This document shows positions 40,400 to 52,350 of a DNA stretch of 64,000 nt, piece by piece; the stretch's first letter is position 1, and the number at the start of each line of letters is the position of its first letter. The stretch comes from the human T2T-CHM13v2.0 reference genome, Homo sapiens. The position numbers were made by a program, and so were the translations under genes. The notes under the pieces are model-generated. The model searched no databases. It was not told where the DNA came from and saw nothing but the letters and a program-made list of their open reading frames with translations. The stretch lies in assembly GCF_009914755.1 (NCBI RefSeq), contig NC_060930.1; one strand, written 5' to 3'.

Positions 40400-41130
40400 T
40401 AGGACCACCCATTTCGATCAAAGAAACAAAGGTTAAATTCTTTCTGGCTTGCTACTTTCTCTTAGGATATAGTTAAATATTAGAAACCTTTGTCTCCTAC
40501 TGTATATTTTTACTTCCAACAATACTTAAAAAAAAAATTCTACCGCGACACTTTACAAAGAAGCTCTGGCATTGTGTAGTCAAATGGAGTGAATGAGTGC
40601 ATTCTCCAGGGCCTGCCCTGTGAGAGACTCTGTCTCCCTGTTGTTCTCACTTTGAGCTAAGTAGGAGCCGTGCACATCTGAATAACAGTCTTTTCTGCCT
40701 AGTGCAATCCTGGATTGTTACAGTCTAGAGGCCAGCCATGCTGTCACCGGCACAAATTGATTTAACCATCAATTGCTGTGGTCATTAAAGCTGTTAAAAG
40801 TCCCCGCCAAACTGATGAATTGCAACTGAATGTGAAATGAGTCTCTGAGTCTGTTTCCCACCATCTCATATCAAAGGCTATTGTATCCCTGCAAAGTAAA
40901 GGGTCGGGGATTCAGGCTGGGGTTCAACAATGGGCTCTGTCAAAGGATAGAGCTCCATTCACTCTGGCACTCCCAATTACAGTTTGCTTTCCATACCTTA
41001 TTGTATAAAATTTGCATCCAACTAATACATTGAATTATTGACATACTTTGGGTGTCAAAGGAGTCGTTGAATGGTTTGTTTTTAAAATACATGGAATTCT
41101 AAGCATCTGGTGGCTACTGGGTCGTGACAA
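40400..41130. promoter_or_regulatory. Candidate enhancer (TCF/LEF, SOX and homeodomain motif cluster)
   Basis: No recognisable repeat; ATCAAAG/GTCAAAG x4, AACAAT/AACAAAG/ATTGT, and inverted AATTGAT-N6-ATCAATT. Confidence 0.4.
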
Positions 41131-44100
41131 TGAAATAATTCCCTGGTTTTCCATTGTTTGCAAAAGAACTAATTTTCTCTCAGCTCAGATTTAACACTTT
41201 TAAACACTATGCACAACTCCTTCCATATTCACAGCCATTGCCCATTTCTGAATTTTTTAAAGGGAAGGGATAGAGGAATAATGGTACTATTCCTGCCTAA
41301 CAAAAACGTAATAAAAATGATTAATATATAATATAATTTAAATTATTCACTATCATCTCTTTGGGGCCAAAATAACTGGGTAAAATGGAAACTACAATTT
41401 GATTTGATTATTTTTTACCTGAAGAAAAATGAAAAGTAAAAAAATGTGATATGAAACTAAAATCACATTTAGGCATAGGATTTTAATGCCCAGAAAAACT
41501 TTCATTAGTTTTTTTAGAGAAAATAATAGACTAGATTTTATGTTTTCATGGTTAAGCCAGTGAAAGGGCTATGAACCAATTTGACAATGAACACATATAT
41601 GTTGCTAATAATGATTATTTAGTTAATAAGTAAGTATGGGGAGATGAATGATCATCAAAATTCTTCGAGCTCTGACACTGCAATATTAGCAGGGAACTTC
41701 AGAATATTTTGAGTTTTGTAGCAACATTAATATCCTCCTGTTGGTGATAAAATTTTTCTTTTTCCTATTAGACACTCATCTGAAGAGTACTTTAAGTCTT
41801 GAGTTAAATATATCAAACAATTCCATTTCTACACGCACTTGCATATGCAATTTGCACGAGTTCACCTGAGGATTTTAAAAGATGTTTATTTTAATATTTA
41901 AGGACTGCACAAGGAGTCTTCATTTCGAATTCCAGAGCTTTTAGTTGTCTTTTCTTTCTCTTTTTCTCTTCTTAAACTTCACGGTGGTGTGACTTCAGCC
42001 CCTAATGCTTTCCATGATGCATAGAGGAAACTCTCTGTAGGAGAAACACGACTTTGGAGATCAAAGGAAGAGAGCTCCATGTCTATTCCCAGCAACTCCA
42101 CATGCCCTGCTTATTTTCTTTCCCTAGCTCATCTTACCATGAAGTGCTATCAACAGGGCTGAGAAGAACAGATGTGGAAACAAAATAAATCTGAGTTAAT
42201 ATTGTAATGGAGGTTACATGAATACAAATTATAGAGGAAAGTAAGCACAGCCAGCAACCACCAAAGTGTCATACTGAGGAGAGAGGAAGGAGGGAAGTTG
42301 TGCTTACAGATTCACTGTGTAGGTCAGGGGTCCGGGCCATTCACATGTATTAATAATGAGTTGGCAGACAGATCCAGGTTTGTATTTCCCTAGACCCTAT
42401 TTACCATAGACGTCTCTGGTAACTGTGTATGAAAGTCCATCAGTAAGAACTGTTACATGTTACCCAAGGTTCCAAATGACCCTTGAAGAAGGTCAGTGGA
42501 TTCTTGTCTTTAAAAGATCTATTGTTCAGAAAAAGGGGTGGAGGGAGCACAAGCTCTCTAGGTGGAGAAAAACCAAAAACCAAAAAAACTAACCTCAAAC
42601 TGATATAAGCATTGCAAACCAGATGGAGCATCTATGTTTCATGACCCAAGAAACTATAGTACATTTTAGATGGAATTTAATATGAAAATCAATTCTTTTG
42701 ATAATCCTCACTCAGAGGACAGCATTGGAAATATTATACTTGTTGTGAGATGAAATGTAAAAGTGATACAATTTCCCAAATTCTTTAAAGATTATTTGCC
42801 CCAGCTATGCATTCTGGGTTAACAGAATTGTTTTCAACATTGGGTGATAGCAACATTTCTACATTTATTATTAGTAATTTATGTCCTTATTTATTTAAAA
42901 GTTCTTAAGCTGTTGATAGGAGAAAGTCTTGCTTTAGTGTTATGTAATTAACTTTAGGTTGTCTACTACCTATAAAAGTACACACTGAAATATATGTTCT
43001 TACTGAAAATAAACTTACTGGATAGCATGGCACAAGAGATGTATGAAGCCTGTAATCAGGTTAAAGTTTTTAACTTAATTTAATAGCATATTTTACTCAC
43101 ATACATATATATATATATTTAAACCATTTAAGTAAGAGGTCTCTAACGGGTGCTTTATCATTATTTCCTTTCAGTAGACTCAGGAGACCAGCCAGCCTAC
43201 AGGCTTTGTTTAAGAATACTGAAATGCAGCGCGTGTAATAGGTCCTTGATAAATCTCTGCAGGGTGCGTGAATACAGTCTCACAATACTGCTGTAAGATA
43301 GAACAGAGATTTATGCCCCTTTTACAGCTGGGGAAATTGAGTCAGAATTTTGCTTAATTTTCTAACGTCACATGATTGAGAAAACTTAAACACTAGTCTA
43401 TTGTGTGCAGAAGACTCATTGATTGTACTATAGCATTTCCATAATAACTTAAGGTTGAAGACATGACAGAGATAATCCTTTTGCAAAAAAAAAAAAAAAA
43501 GAGCCATTTTCATAGCACGCATAGACTTCAATTCTCAAATTAGAGAGCATTGTGTCTTTCTTTCTGCATGGGCATGTTTTCTCCCAGACCAGAACTCATA
43601 GTATTATATTGTATGCTACTTTATTTAAAATACCATATCGCATATTCCTAAATTTTAATGTTTTTTATTTAAATTCAATTTAAATATTATTTCTTTGTTT
43701 CTTCTAGCCTAATAATTTCAATTTTAAAAGCTCATCAACTTGTTTCATTTTTATTTAATTCAATTTTTTTTTTCAATTTCTCTTGAGATTTCTTCTTTGA
43801 CTTAAATGTAATTTAAAAGTGTGTTGTTTAATTTTCAAGTATTTTAGGATTTCCCAGCTAACTTTTTGTTATTGATTCCTATTTTAATTCCACTGTAGTC
43901 TGAGAGCAAACATTGTATGAATTGTATTCTTCTGAATGTGTTCAGGTGTGTTTTATGGGCCAGAATGTGGTCTGCCTTGGTAAATGTTCCATGTGAGCTT
44001 GAGAAGAGTGTTATTCTGCTGTTGCTGGATAAAGTAGTCTACAGATATCAATTATGTCTAGTTGATTGATGGTGCTGTTTAGTTCAGCCATGTTCTTACT

Positions 44101-44404
44101 GATTTTCTGCCTTCTGGATCTGTTTATTTCTGACAGGGGGGTGCTAAGTAATTGTACTAATAGATTCATCTATTTCTGCTTGCAGCTCTATCAGTTTTTG
44201 TCTCACGTGTTTTAACACTGTTGTTAGGTGCATACACGTTAAGGATAGTTATGTCTTCTTGGAGAATGGACCCTTCATCATTATGCAATGCCTCTGTTTA
44301 TCCTCAATAACTTTCCTTGGTTGAGGTCTGCTCTGTCTGAAATGAATATTGCTACTTTTGCATTCTTTTGATTCATGTTAGCATGGAATATCTTTCTCCA
44401 TCCA

Positions 44405-44692
44405 TTTATTTATTTATTTATTTAGAGACCAGGTCTCACTCTGTTGCCCAGGCTGGAGTGCAGTGGCGTGATCTCTGCTCACTGTAACCTCTGGTTCCTG
44501 GGTTCCAGTGATTCTCATGCTTCAGCCTCCTGAGTAGCTGGGATTACAGGTGCATGCCACCTTGCCTGGCTAATTTTTGTATTTTTAATAGAGATGGCAT
44601 TTCACTATGTTGGCCAGATTGATCTTGAACCCCTGACTTCAAGTGATCTGCCCACCTTGGCCTCCCAAAACTCTTGGATTACATGTGTGAGC
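44405..44692 (-). mobile_element. AluS (Sz-like)
   Basis: Reverse dimeric Alu with a (TTTA)n tail. Confidence 0.92.
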
Positions 44693-45629
44693 GAGTCCTT
44701 TATTTTTAAACTTTATATATCTTTATATTTAAAATGGGTTTCTGTAGCCAACATATAGTTAGGTCTTGTTTCTTGTTCTACTCTGATAATGTGTTTTTTA
44801 AATGATGTACTTAAACGTTGATGTTCAAAGTGATTATTGATACAGTTGGATTGATATCTACCATATTTGCTGCTATTTTCTATTTCTTGCCCTTGGTCTT
44901 TGTTCCTCTTTCTGTTATGGTTTTAGTTGAATATTTTATATGATTCTGTTTCCTCTTCTCTCCTAGCATATTAATTACACTTTTTAACTTTTTGTGTGGT
45001 TGCCCTAGAGTTTGCAATATACTTTTGCAACTAATCCAAATTGACTTTCATATAACACTATATACCACTTCATGCATAGTATGAACCCCTTATGCAAATT
45101 TTCCCTTTCTGTTCCTTGCATCACTGCTGCCATTTATTTCATGTATACATAAGCATACATGCACATAAGCAGATGTAATTGAATATATTGTTGTTATTAC
45201 TATTTTGAACAAACTTTAGATCAATTAAGAATAAGAAAAATAAAAGTTTTTATTTTACCTTCATTTATTCCTTCTTCAATGCTTTTCTTTAGTTAGATCC
45301 AAGTTTCTGAACTACATCATTTTTCTTCTCTCTAAAGAACTTCTTTTTTTTTTTATTTTTTATTTTTTATTTTATTTTATTTTTTTTTACGAAGATCTTA
45401 TAGCTTTTATTTTAAAATTTTAGTCACGAATCAGTAATACAATTGGCTTATCTCCACTTATATTTTTATTCAAATTGTGCTTCTGACAAAAATCGGACAA
45501 GTTAAGGCTACTTGCTCACACGGCTAAAGCATATTTTAAAAATAAAATTTGTGGAAAAGACAATATTTTTTCGTTGCCAGTTTCCAAATAGTTTCTCCTC
45601 CTTTTTTAAAAAGAAAAACCAAGCTTCTT

Positions 45630-46413
45630 TTTTTTTTTTTTCATTCTATTTCATTTTATTTTGTCTTTTCTTTTTTTTTTTTTTTTTTTTACATTTTTTT
45701 TTTTTAAATTTATTTTTTTATTGATAATTCTTGGGTGTTTCTCACAGAGGGGGATTTGGCAGGGTCATGGGACAATAGTGGAGGGAAGGTCAGCAGATAA
45801 ACAAGTGAACAAAGGTCTCTGGTTTTCCTAGGCAGAGGGCCCTGCGGCCTTCCGCAGTGTTTGTGTCCCTGATTACTTGAGATTAGGGATTGGTGATGAC
45901 TCTTAACGAGCATGCTGCCTTCAAGCATCTGTTTAACAAAGCACATCTTGCACCGCCCTTAATCCATTTAACCCTGAGTGGACACAGCACGTTTCAGAGA
46001 GCACAGGGTTGGGGGTAAGGTCACAGATCAACAGGATCCCAAGGCAGAGGAATTTTTCTTAGTGCAGAACAAAATGAAAAGTCTCCCATGTCTACTTCTT
46101 TCTACACAGACACGGCAACCATCCGATTTCTCAATCTTTTCCCCACCTTTCCCGCCTTTCTATTCCACAAAGCCGCCATTGTCATCCTGGCCCGTTCTCA
46201 ATGAGCTGTTGGGCACACCTCCCAGACGGGGTGGTGGCCGGGCAGAGGGGCTCCTCACTTCCCAGTAGGGGCGGCCGGGCAGAGGCGCCCCTCACCTCCC
46301 GGACGGGGCGGCTGGCCGGGCAGGGGGGCTGACCCCCCCCACCTCCCTCCCGGACGGGGCGGCGGCAAAGACTGAGACAGCTCCGCTGCCCGCTGAACTC
46401 CATCCTCCCGGCC
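45630..46413 (-). mobile_element. SVA_F1 body (MAST2 fragment, short VNTR, SINE-R, compound poly(A))
   Basis: SINE-R about 45706-46215; GC-rich VNTR about 46216-46363; inner 15-bp TSD AAAACCAAGCTTCTT at 45615-45629 and 46414-46428. Confidence 0.95.
46359..46412 (-). other. MAST2: Transduced MAST2 exon 1 fragment (SVA_F1 hallmark; not the gene itself)
   Basis: Minus strand cgggaggatggagttcagcgggcagcggagctgtctcagtctttgccgccg translates as REDGVQRAAELSQSLPP, which I recognise as the MAST2 N-terminus. Confidence 0.9.
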
Positions 46414-49400
46414 AAAACCAAGCTTCTTAACAAAGATCCTGAAGTGTTGAGTTTACTAATTTAGTTCAAGAACTTCTTTTAACATATCATACAACTCAGA
46501 TCTCCTGGCAACAAAGTCCCACAATTTTTGTTTGCCTAAGAAAGTTTTATTTCTTCTTCACTTGTGAAGAATATTTTTGCAGGGCACAAAATTTTTGGCT
46601 GGTGTTTTTTTTTCAACATTAAATATTTCACTTCACTTTCTTCTTTTTTTGAATGGTTTCTGCTGAGAAATTGGATGTAATTCAATTTCTATACCACTTC
46701 ATGCGTAGTGTGAGTGCCTTGTAATAGTAAGGTAGTACTCTTCTATAGGTAAGGTTATTTTTCCTCTGACTTCTTTCACTAACTTTGATTTTCTGTAGTT
46801 TGGATATGATATACTAAGTGTACTTTTTTTGCCATTTATTCTGTTTGGTATTCTCTGAGCTTTCTGGATTAGTGTCTGACATACATTGGTGGGAAATTTT
46901 TACTCATTATTGTTTCAAATATTTCTTCTGTTATTTTTTCCCTTTCTTTCCCTTCTGGTATTCCTATTATGTGTATGTTATACCTTTTGCAGTTTTTCCA
47001 CAGTTCTTGGATATTGCTCTTTTTTTTTCTTTTTTTGATCTGCTTTGCGGTTTCAAAGGTTTCTATTTAAATATCCTCAAGCTTAGAGATTCTTTCCTTA
47101 GCTCTGTCCAGTCTGCTAATAAGCTCTAAAGGCAGACTTCATTTCTGTTTCAGTGGCTTTTTGTGTATGTGTGTCTCTAACATTTTTTTTTCATTCTTTC
47201 TTAGAACTTCCATCTCTCTGCTTACATTGCCTGTCTGTTTTTGCTTTCAATCTACTTTATTCGTCAGAGTCCTTAGCATCTTAATCATAGTTATTTTAAA
47301 ATATCTTGTCTGACAATTCCAACATCCCTGCCATATCCAAGTTTGGTTCTGATGTTTGCTTTGTCTCTTCCAACTGTGTGTTTTTTGCTTTTGTTTTGTT
47401 TTGTTTTTGCCTTTTAGTATGCCTTATACTTTCTTCTTAATAGCTGGACATAAAGTAAAAGGAACTGCTGGGTAAAAGGAACTGCTGTAAACAGGTCTTT
47501 AGTAATAGGCGAGTTGGTGTGAAAGGAGGGGACGTATTCTATCGCTCTATAGTTAGGTCTCAATCTTTTAGTGAACCTGTGCCTCTGGACTTTGAACCTT
47601 ACAAGTGATTCTCAGCTGTCTGCTTCTCCCTTAGCTGGGAAAGAATGCCTACAGTGGACTAGAGTTTTTCCTTCCCCTGTGTAAGTTAGGCATCCATAAA
47701 ACCCTGGCAGGTTAGCCTCTGGTTAAACAGTTTCCTCTGAGGGCATACCTTGTTAAGAACAGAATGAAGCATTTATTAAGCTGACCAATTTTGTTCTTCA
47801 TAGCATTATGTGATTCCGAAACTTCCAGTTAACTTCAGTTTTTAGCCCCACTTCTTACTCCATCTTCTATGCTAGCTAATTCTGAGTTTGGAGACGCCCT
47901 AGATTTTTGCTGGAAAGTCCTCCTTTCTCCACTGTGGGCACTCAATATGTTTTAAAAGCTATAGCTTTCTCTACCTTGTTTCATTTATGAATAACTTCAT
48001 AATCTTTTTTCTCTGGAAATGGCTTTCCTCATAATCTACTCATCTTTAAAGGGTACATCTTTAAACATATACTTTAAAAATTACTTTACTCTCATTTTAT
48101 TAAGATTTTCTCATTTGCCATCTTGAATCATGCTGTTTTTGATTCTAAAACAGTGTTTATTGATTGATTTATTGGGATTGACTCAATTTTTATTTTATTT
48201 TACACAGTCTTTTATTATTACAGAGGTACAAGTACAGTGCAGAAAATTAGAAAACACAGACAAAAGTTTAAAGAAATTAAGATAATTCCAGAAATCACCT
48301 CTGTGCATCCTTCCAGATCTAACTGTCTTTCTGGCCACCTATCTACCTACTCCTACAACAAAATTTTTTAAATTAAAAAAGACTATGCAGTACATACCTA
48401 CATACCTTTTTTGTAACTTATTTTTTCAATAAACTCTACCCTTCTATTTTAGTAAAATTTCATTGCACCTCATACTGAGACCATATTCAAACTTCTCCAG
48501 CTGAGTCCCAAATATTCTTAGTATTGCATCTGATCTTTAAGTTGCTTTAAACTCTTTTGATCAAGCACAACTTCTCTTTCATAACACATATTTATTATAT
48601 GTGTTATTATATGCGTTATGTAAATATGACCAGAGACCTGGTCAATTTCCTTGAAGAATGTTAAAAACTCTGTGTTTATAAACTCTCTGGGTCTATCTGA
48701 TGGTGTCTTCATTTTCCTCCTGATTCCTTTCTTCCTTTATCCTTCACTTCCTTTAATTATTTTACTTCCTTTATTCCTCTTTAGTTTGCTTTTTCTTTCT
48801 TCTTCCTGTTCTTGTTCTCCTTTCCGCTCCTCCTCCTTCTGTAATTGAATTTCTCTATTCCCTCTGTATCCTGAAAACAGGAATCATCCTTGGAAAGCTT
48901 GATGAATTCAAGTTAAACATCTTTGTCTAGAATACAATGTAGGTGATTTTGTGGGTTTCTTGTTGAATCATATCAGAGGACACATTCTATCTAGTTGACT
49001 CACCAATAGTAATGCATAGGTGGGCCACTGGATCTGGATGATGACAGTCTAATCCTTTTATTGCACAGGAGTGTTTTGCCCTGAGACACTAGAAAGTAAC
49101 TTGTGTCAAGTGTGGTTCTTGCTTTCACCTAAGTGATTTTAACATGACTTGGTAATACTTGCCTAGGTCAATAAGAGGGTTTGGAAAATTATGTTTTTAA
49201 AATCCTATAATTTCTTCTACATTTATTAGCTTAAGTGTTCTGTAAATTAGAGAAATCCATCATCAGCTGTGATTAGTTGTTACTTTGAAAGGCTGGATAA
49301 ATGCTCAATTTCTTTCTTTTAATTACCAATCATCAAAGTAAAAGTAGTTTGAAGAGTTACTGCTGATAGCAATATGAAATTTTCCCAACTTTTTCCTTTT

Positions 49401-49919
49401 TGATTATTGTTATTAACTCATGAATTTTCATTGACTCATAGTATTTATATCCACTACAATCTTTATTTCTGGGTATTTTTCTGGTCTCTTAACCACCTCA
49501 TTATTCTAAAAGACTCTTTCCCACAGCTCTTCTCTGTTCAAATCTCTAGTGCCTCCACCTTCATGCTCATTCTCAGACGATGGCTGTCTTTGTTTCCTAT
49601 TTCACTGAGGAAAAGGAGGTACCATGAAAGTAATAGGAGTCCTTTCATCCTGGTTCCTGCATCCTTTTCACATGGCCCCATTATTTAGTCCAATAGCTTC
49701 TTGATTTTTGACATAAGATGTTCTAGGCTCACCTTGAACCACTCATGCTACTGAATTGAACAATTTTAAAGTGACCCCTGGATGTTTTCAGTGGAGAATG
49801 ATGTTAGAGACAACAGTTTGTATGCTAGGTCTGAATATTAATATTAGTAAATATTAGTTTAAAATTAAATTATTTGAATTAAATATTAGTTGAAATACTA
49901 AACTTCTATCTTTAAAAAT

Positions 49920-50205
49920 ACATTAAACTTAAAAGGAATGAAGTACTAATACTTGCTGTAACATGGGTGAACCCTGAAAACATTATGGTAAGTGAAAGAA
50001 ACCAGTCACAAAAGGCTTCATAGGAAAGGGATAGAGACTTTCATGAGTATGGGATTGTTTTTTGTGGGTGATGGAAATATTCTAAACTTAGTGGTTATGG
50101 TGGCATAACTCTGGAATATATTAAAATTCACTGAGCTGTATACTTTATGTGGGTGAATTGTACACTATGTTAATTGTATCTCAATAAAGCAGTTATAGAA
50201 AAAGT
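49920..50205 (+). mobile_element. L1MB/MC 3' UTR fragment
   Basis: aaaaggaatgaagtactaatac...gaaaacattatggtaagtgaaagaaaccagtcacaaaagg...tgtatctcaataaagc. Confidence 0.8.
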
Positions 50206-50856
50206 AAAGATTCAAAGTTGGTCTTGAAAAAATAAAAAAAGAATATGAACTTAGTTTCAGCCTTTCTCAGTAATTCAGAACTAAAACTATAAACATCACT
50301 TATCTGTGCTTTGTTTTAGTATTTTTAGATATCCTTTTGGGTTGTTTGTCCCTATGCTTAATTGATTATAAAAGTTTTCCCATTTTCTCGTTTAGTAAGA
50401 TTTTTGAACACATTTCCTCCTGCTGGTTTGCCTACTTCTATAGCCACACTACTTTTATTCTGTTAAGGGCTAAGTACAATTGTGGTACAATTGTAGGAAT
50501 TGTATGTAAAATAAGAGTTCATTGGTTCCATGCTGAGTGTAATTAATAAAATATAAAAATATATAATAAATGCATTGCTTTACTTTTTAAAAATATTAAA
50601 GGAAGTTGCCAAAACCTATTCTGTTTATGTTAGTCCTTAGTTGGGTTCAAGCAAAGGATGCTGTAGAATGATCCTGAGATGAGATTTATGACTGAACACA
50701 TTACATGAAGCCTCTTCAAACCTTCCCAGTGATGAATCCCTGTAGGCAGAAGGCAATGAATGTAAAACTATATACAGCCATTCTGTACTCCCCAGGGGTA
50801 GGACATTTCTGTGAACCTCATGTTCATATTAAAAGTTAATATGGCTGTTGCATTTT

Positions 50857-52350
50857 AATCATTCAATCAATAAATATTTATTGCCAGGCACTATTCTAGG
50901 TACTGAGAAAAAAATAGTGTATAAAGCTGCCCAAATATCACCCTTTGTCAAGCTTATATCCTAGTGGGGAAAGACATAATGAACAAATAAATAAGTAAAA
51001 TACAATGTGGTATTGGATAGTGAAAAGGAGAATGGAAAATATGAAGGCATGGAAGGGAGACAGGCAGTTCAATGAGGAAGAGTGTTGCAATTTAAATAAG
51101 ACCAACAAGGCAAACCTCATTGAGAAGACAGCATTTCAAAATCTGAAGGAGGTGAGGGACTAAGACACATTGATGTCTGGGGAATAGTGTTCCAGCCAAT
51201 GGAAACTGTGCAAATACATGAGACTCAGGGAACAGCTATGAGGTCAGTGTAGTTGGAGCAGAAAGCAAGAGGGAGAATAATAGTGGTAGAGCTGAGAGAG
51301 AGATTGAGGTATGAATGGTGCAGACCTTGTGGGAAACTTGTCTTTTTCCCTGAGTAAACTCCTTGAGGGTTTTGATCAGAAGAGACTGTTGTTTGGCAGG
51401 TTTTGAAAGCATCACTTTGGTGATTGTCAAGAAGAAGCAGACAATACAGGGCAAGCAAGGAATCATGTAAAGCAGTTAGGTGGCTATTGCGTTAATTTGA
51501 GATGGTGGTGGTTTGGATTAGAATGGGACCTTGGAGCTGATAAGAAGTGCTTGTTGTCTGAATACATGCTGAAATTTGAACTGACAGGATCTGATGATGG
51601 AATGAGATGTATGGTAGGGGAGAAACAGAAATTAAGTATTATAGAAGTTTTCAAATTTGAGACACTGCAAAAATGGAGATGCTATTTCCAGCAATGAGGG
51701 ATAACAGATTTGTTGAGGGGAAATGCGGGGTATAGTTTGGATGGCTTGAGTTTATAGTGCCTAGTAGATGTCCAAGTGGAGATGTTGAGGAGCCATTTGC
51801 ATTCACCCAGGAAAAGAACCTAGATGTAGAGAAGAAATGATCTAAGGATTGTGCCCAGGGCAGCCAACTTCCTTTATAGCTGGAGGACAGCAGAGAATTT
51901 AGGCATAGATGCAGATAATTGGGTAGATGTGGTGCTGGGAGCTTACGAAAGCTTCTCTCTGAGTGCTTCTGTTTTCCCATTGAAATAGAAAGTAGGACCA
52001 TCATCTGAGAAAAAGGATGGGGGTACAAGTATAGGTTTCAAGGGAGATGAAAAAAAGAGTCCTTTAGAAGATAGAAGAATGAGAAGGTAAAGGGATCTGA
52101 GTGGCAGAGCCAGAAAGCTCTCTGGGTGTACCTGAATTCAAAGTTATGAATTCAACATCGGACCATTCAGTGTGATTGTATTGTTTACTCCAGCAATGTT
52201 CAGCTGTGGGAATGAAATCACAAAGTGGGTGCAAGAGTAGGATTTAATCAGGATTAGTCTTTTTACAAGGGAGAACATTGAGCAGGAGGGGGCAAAGGAA
52301 ATGGGGGAATGCAAGGGAGTGATTATAATGAAGAACCAGGGAACTTAAGC
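50857..52350 (-). mobile_element. L2 LINE, 3' end and ORF2 remnant
   Basis: aatcattcaatcaataaatatttattgccaggcactattctaggtactgag tail, followed by a typical purine-rich L2 body. Confidence 0.8.

Larger units (their letters stand above)
45348..46467 (-). mobile_element. Composite retrotransposed unit: SVA_F1 with 5' and 3' transductions
   Basis: Outer 13-bp TSD AAGAACTTCTTTT (45335-45347 / 46468-46480) at an EN site TT/AAAA; outer poly(A) 45348-45388; contains an inner TSD pair and an SVA body. Confidence 0.92.
43640..47765 (-). mobile_element. Old L1M (MC/MD-type) 5' region to ORF2 endonuclease; hosts an Alu and the SVA
   Basis: ttttaattccactgtagtctgagagc...gtaaatgttccatgtgagcttgagaag...ggtgcatacacgttaaggat; sequence resumes colinearly across the SVA TSD. 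Confidence 0.85.

Noticed and set aside
43160-43300. Possible plus-strand exon (tttcctttcag ... gct|gtaaga)
   Set aside because: Splice-like motifs alone are common; no coding signal or partner exons can be supported.
45480-45530. Possible snRNA fragment (aatcggacaagttaaggcta)
   Set aside because: No sustained match to any snRNA or tracrRNA I know; it is part of the transduced flank.
46182-46433. 83-aa ORF, or the MAST2 gene itself
   Set aside because: Only about 54 bp of MAST2 is present, inside an SVA, and the listed ORF reads it out of frame.
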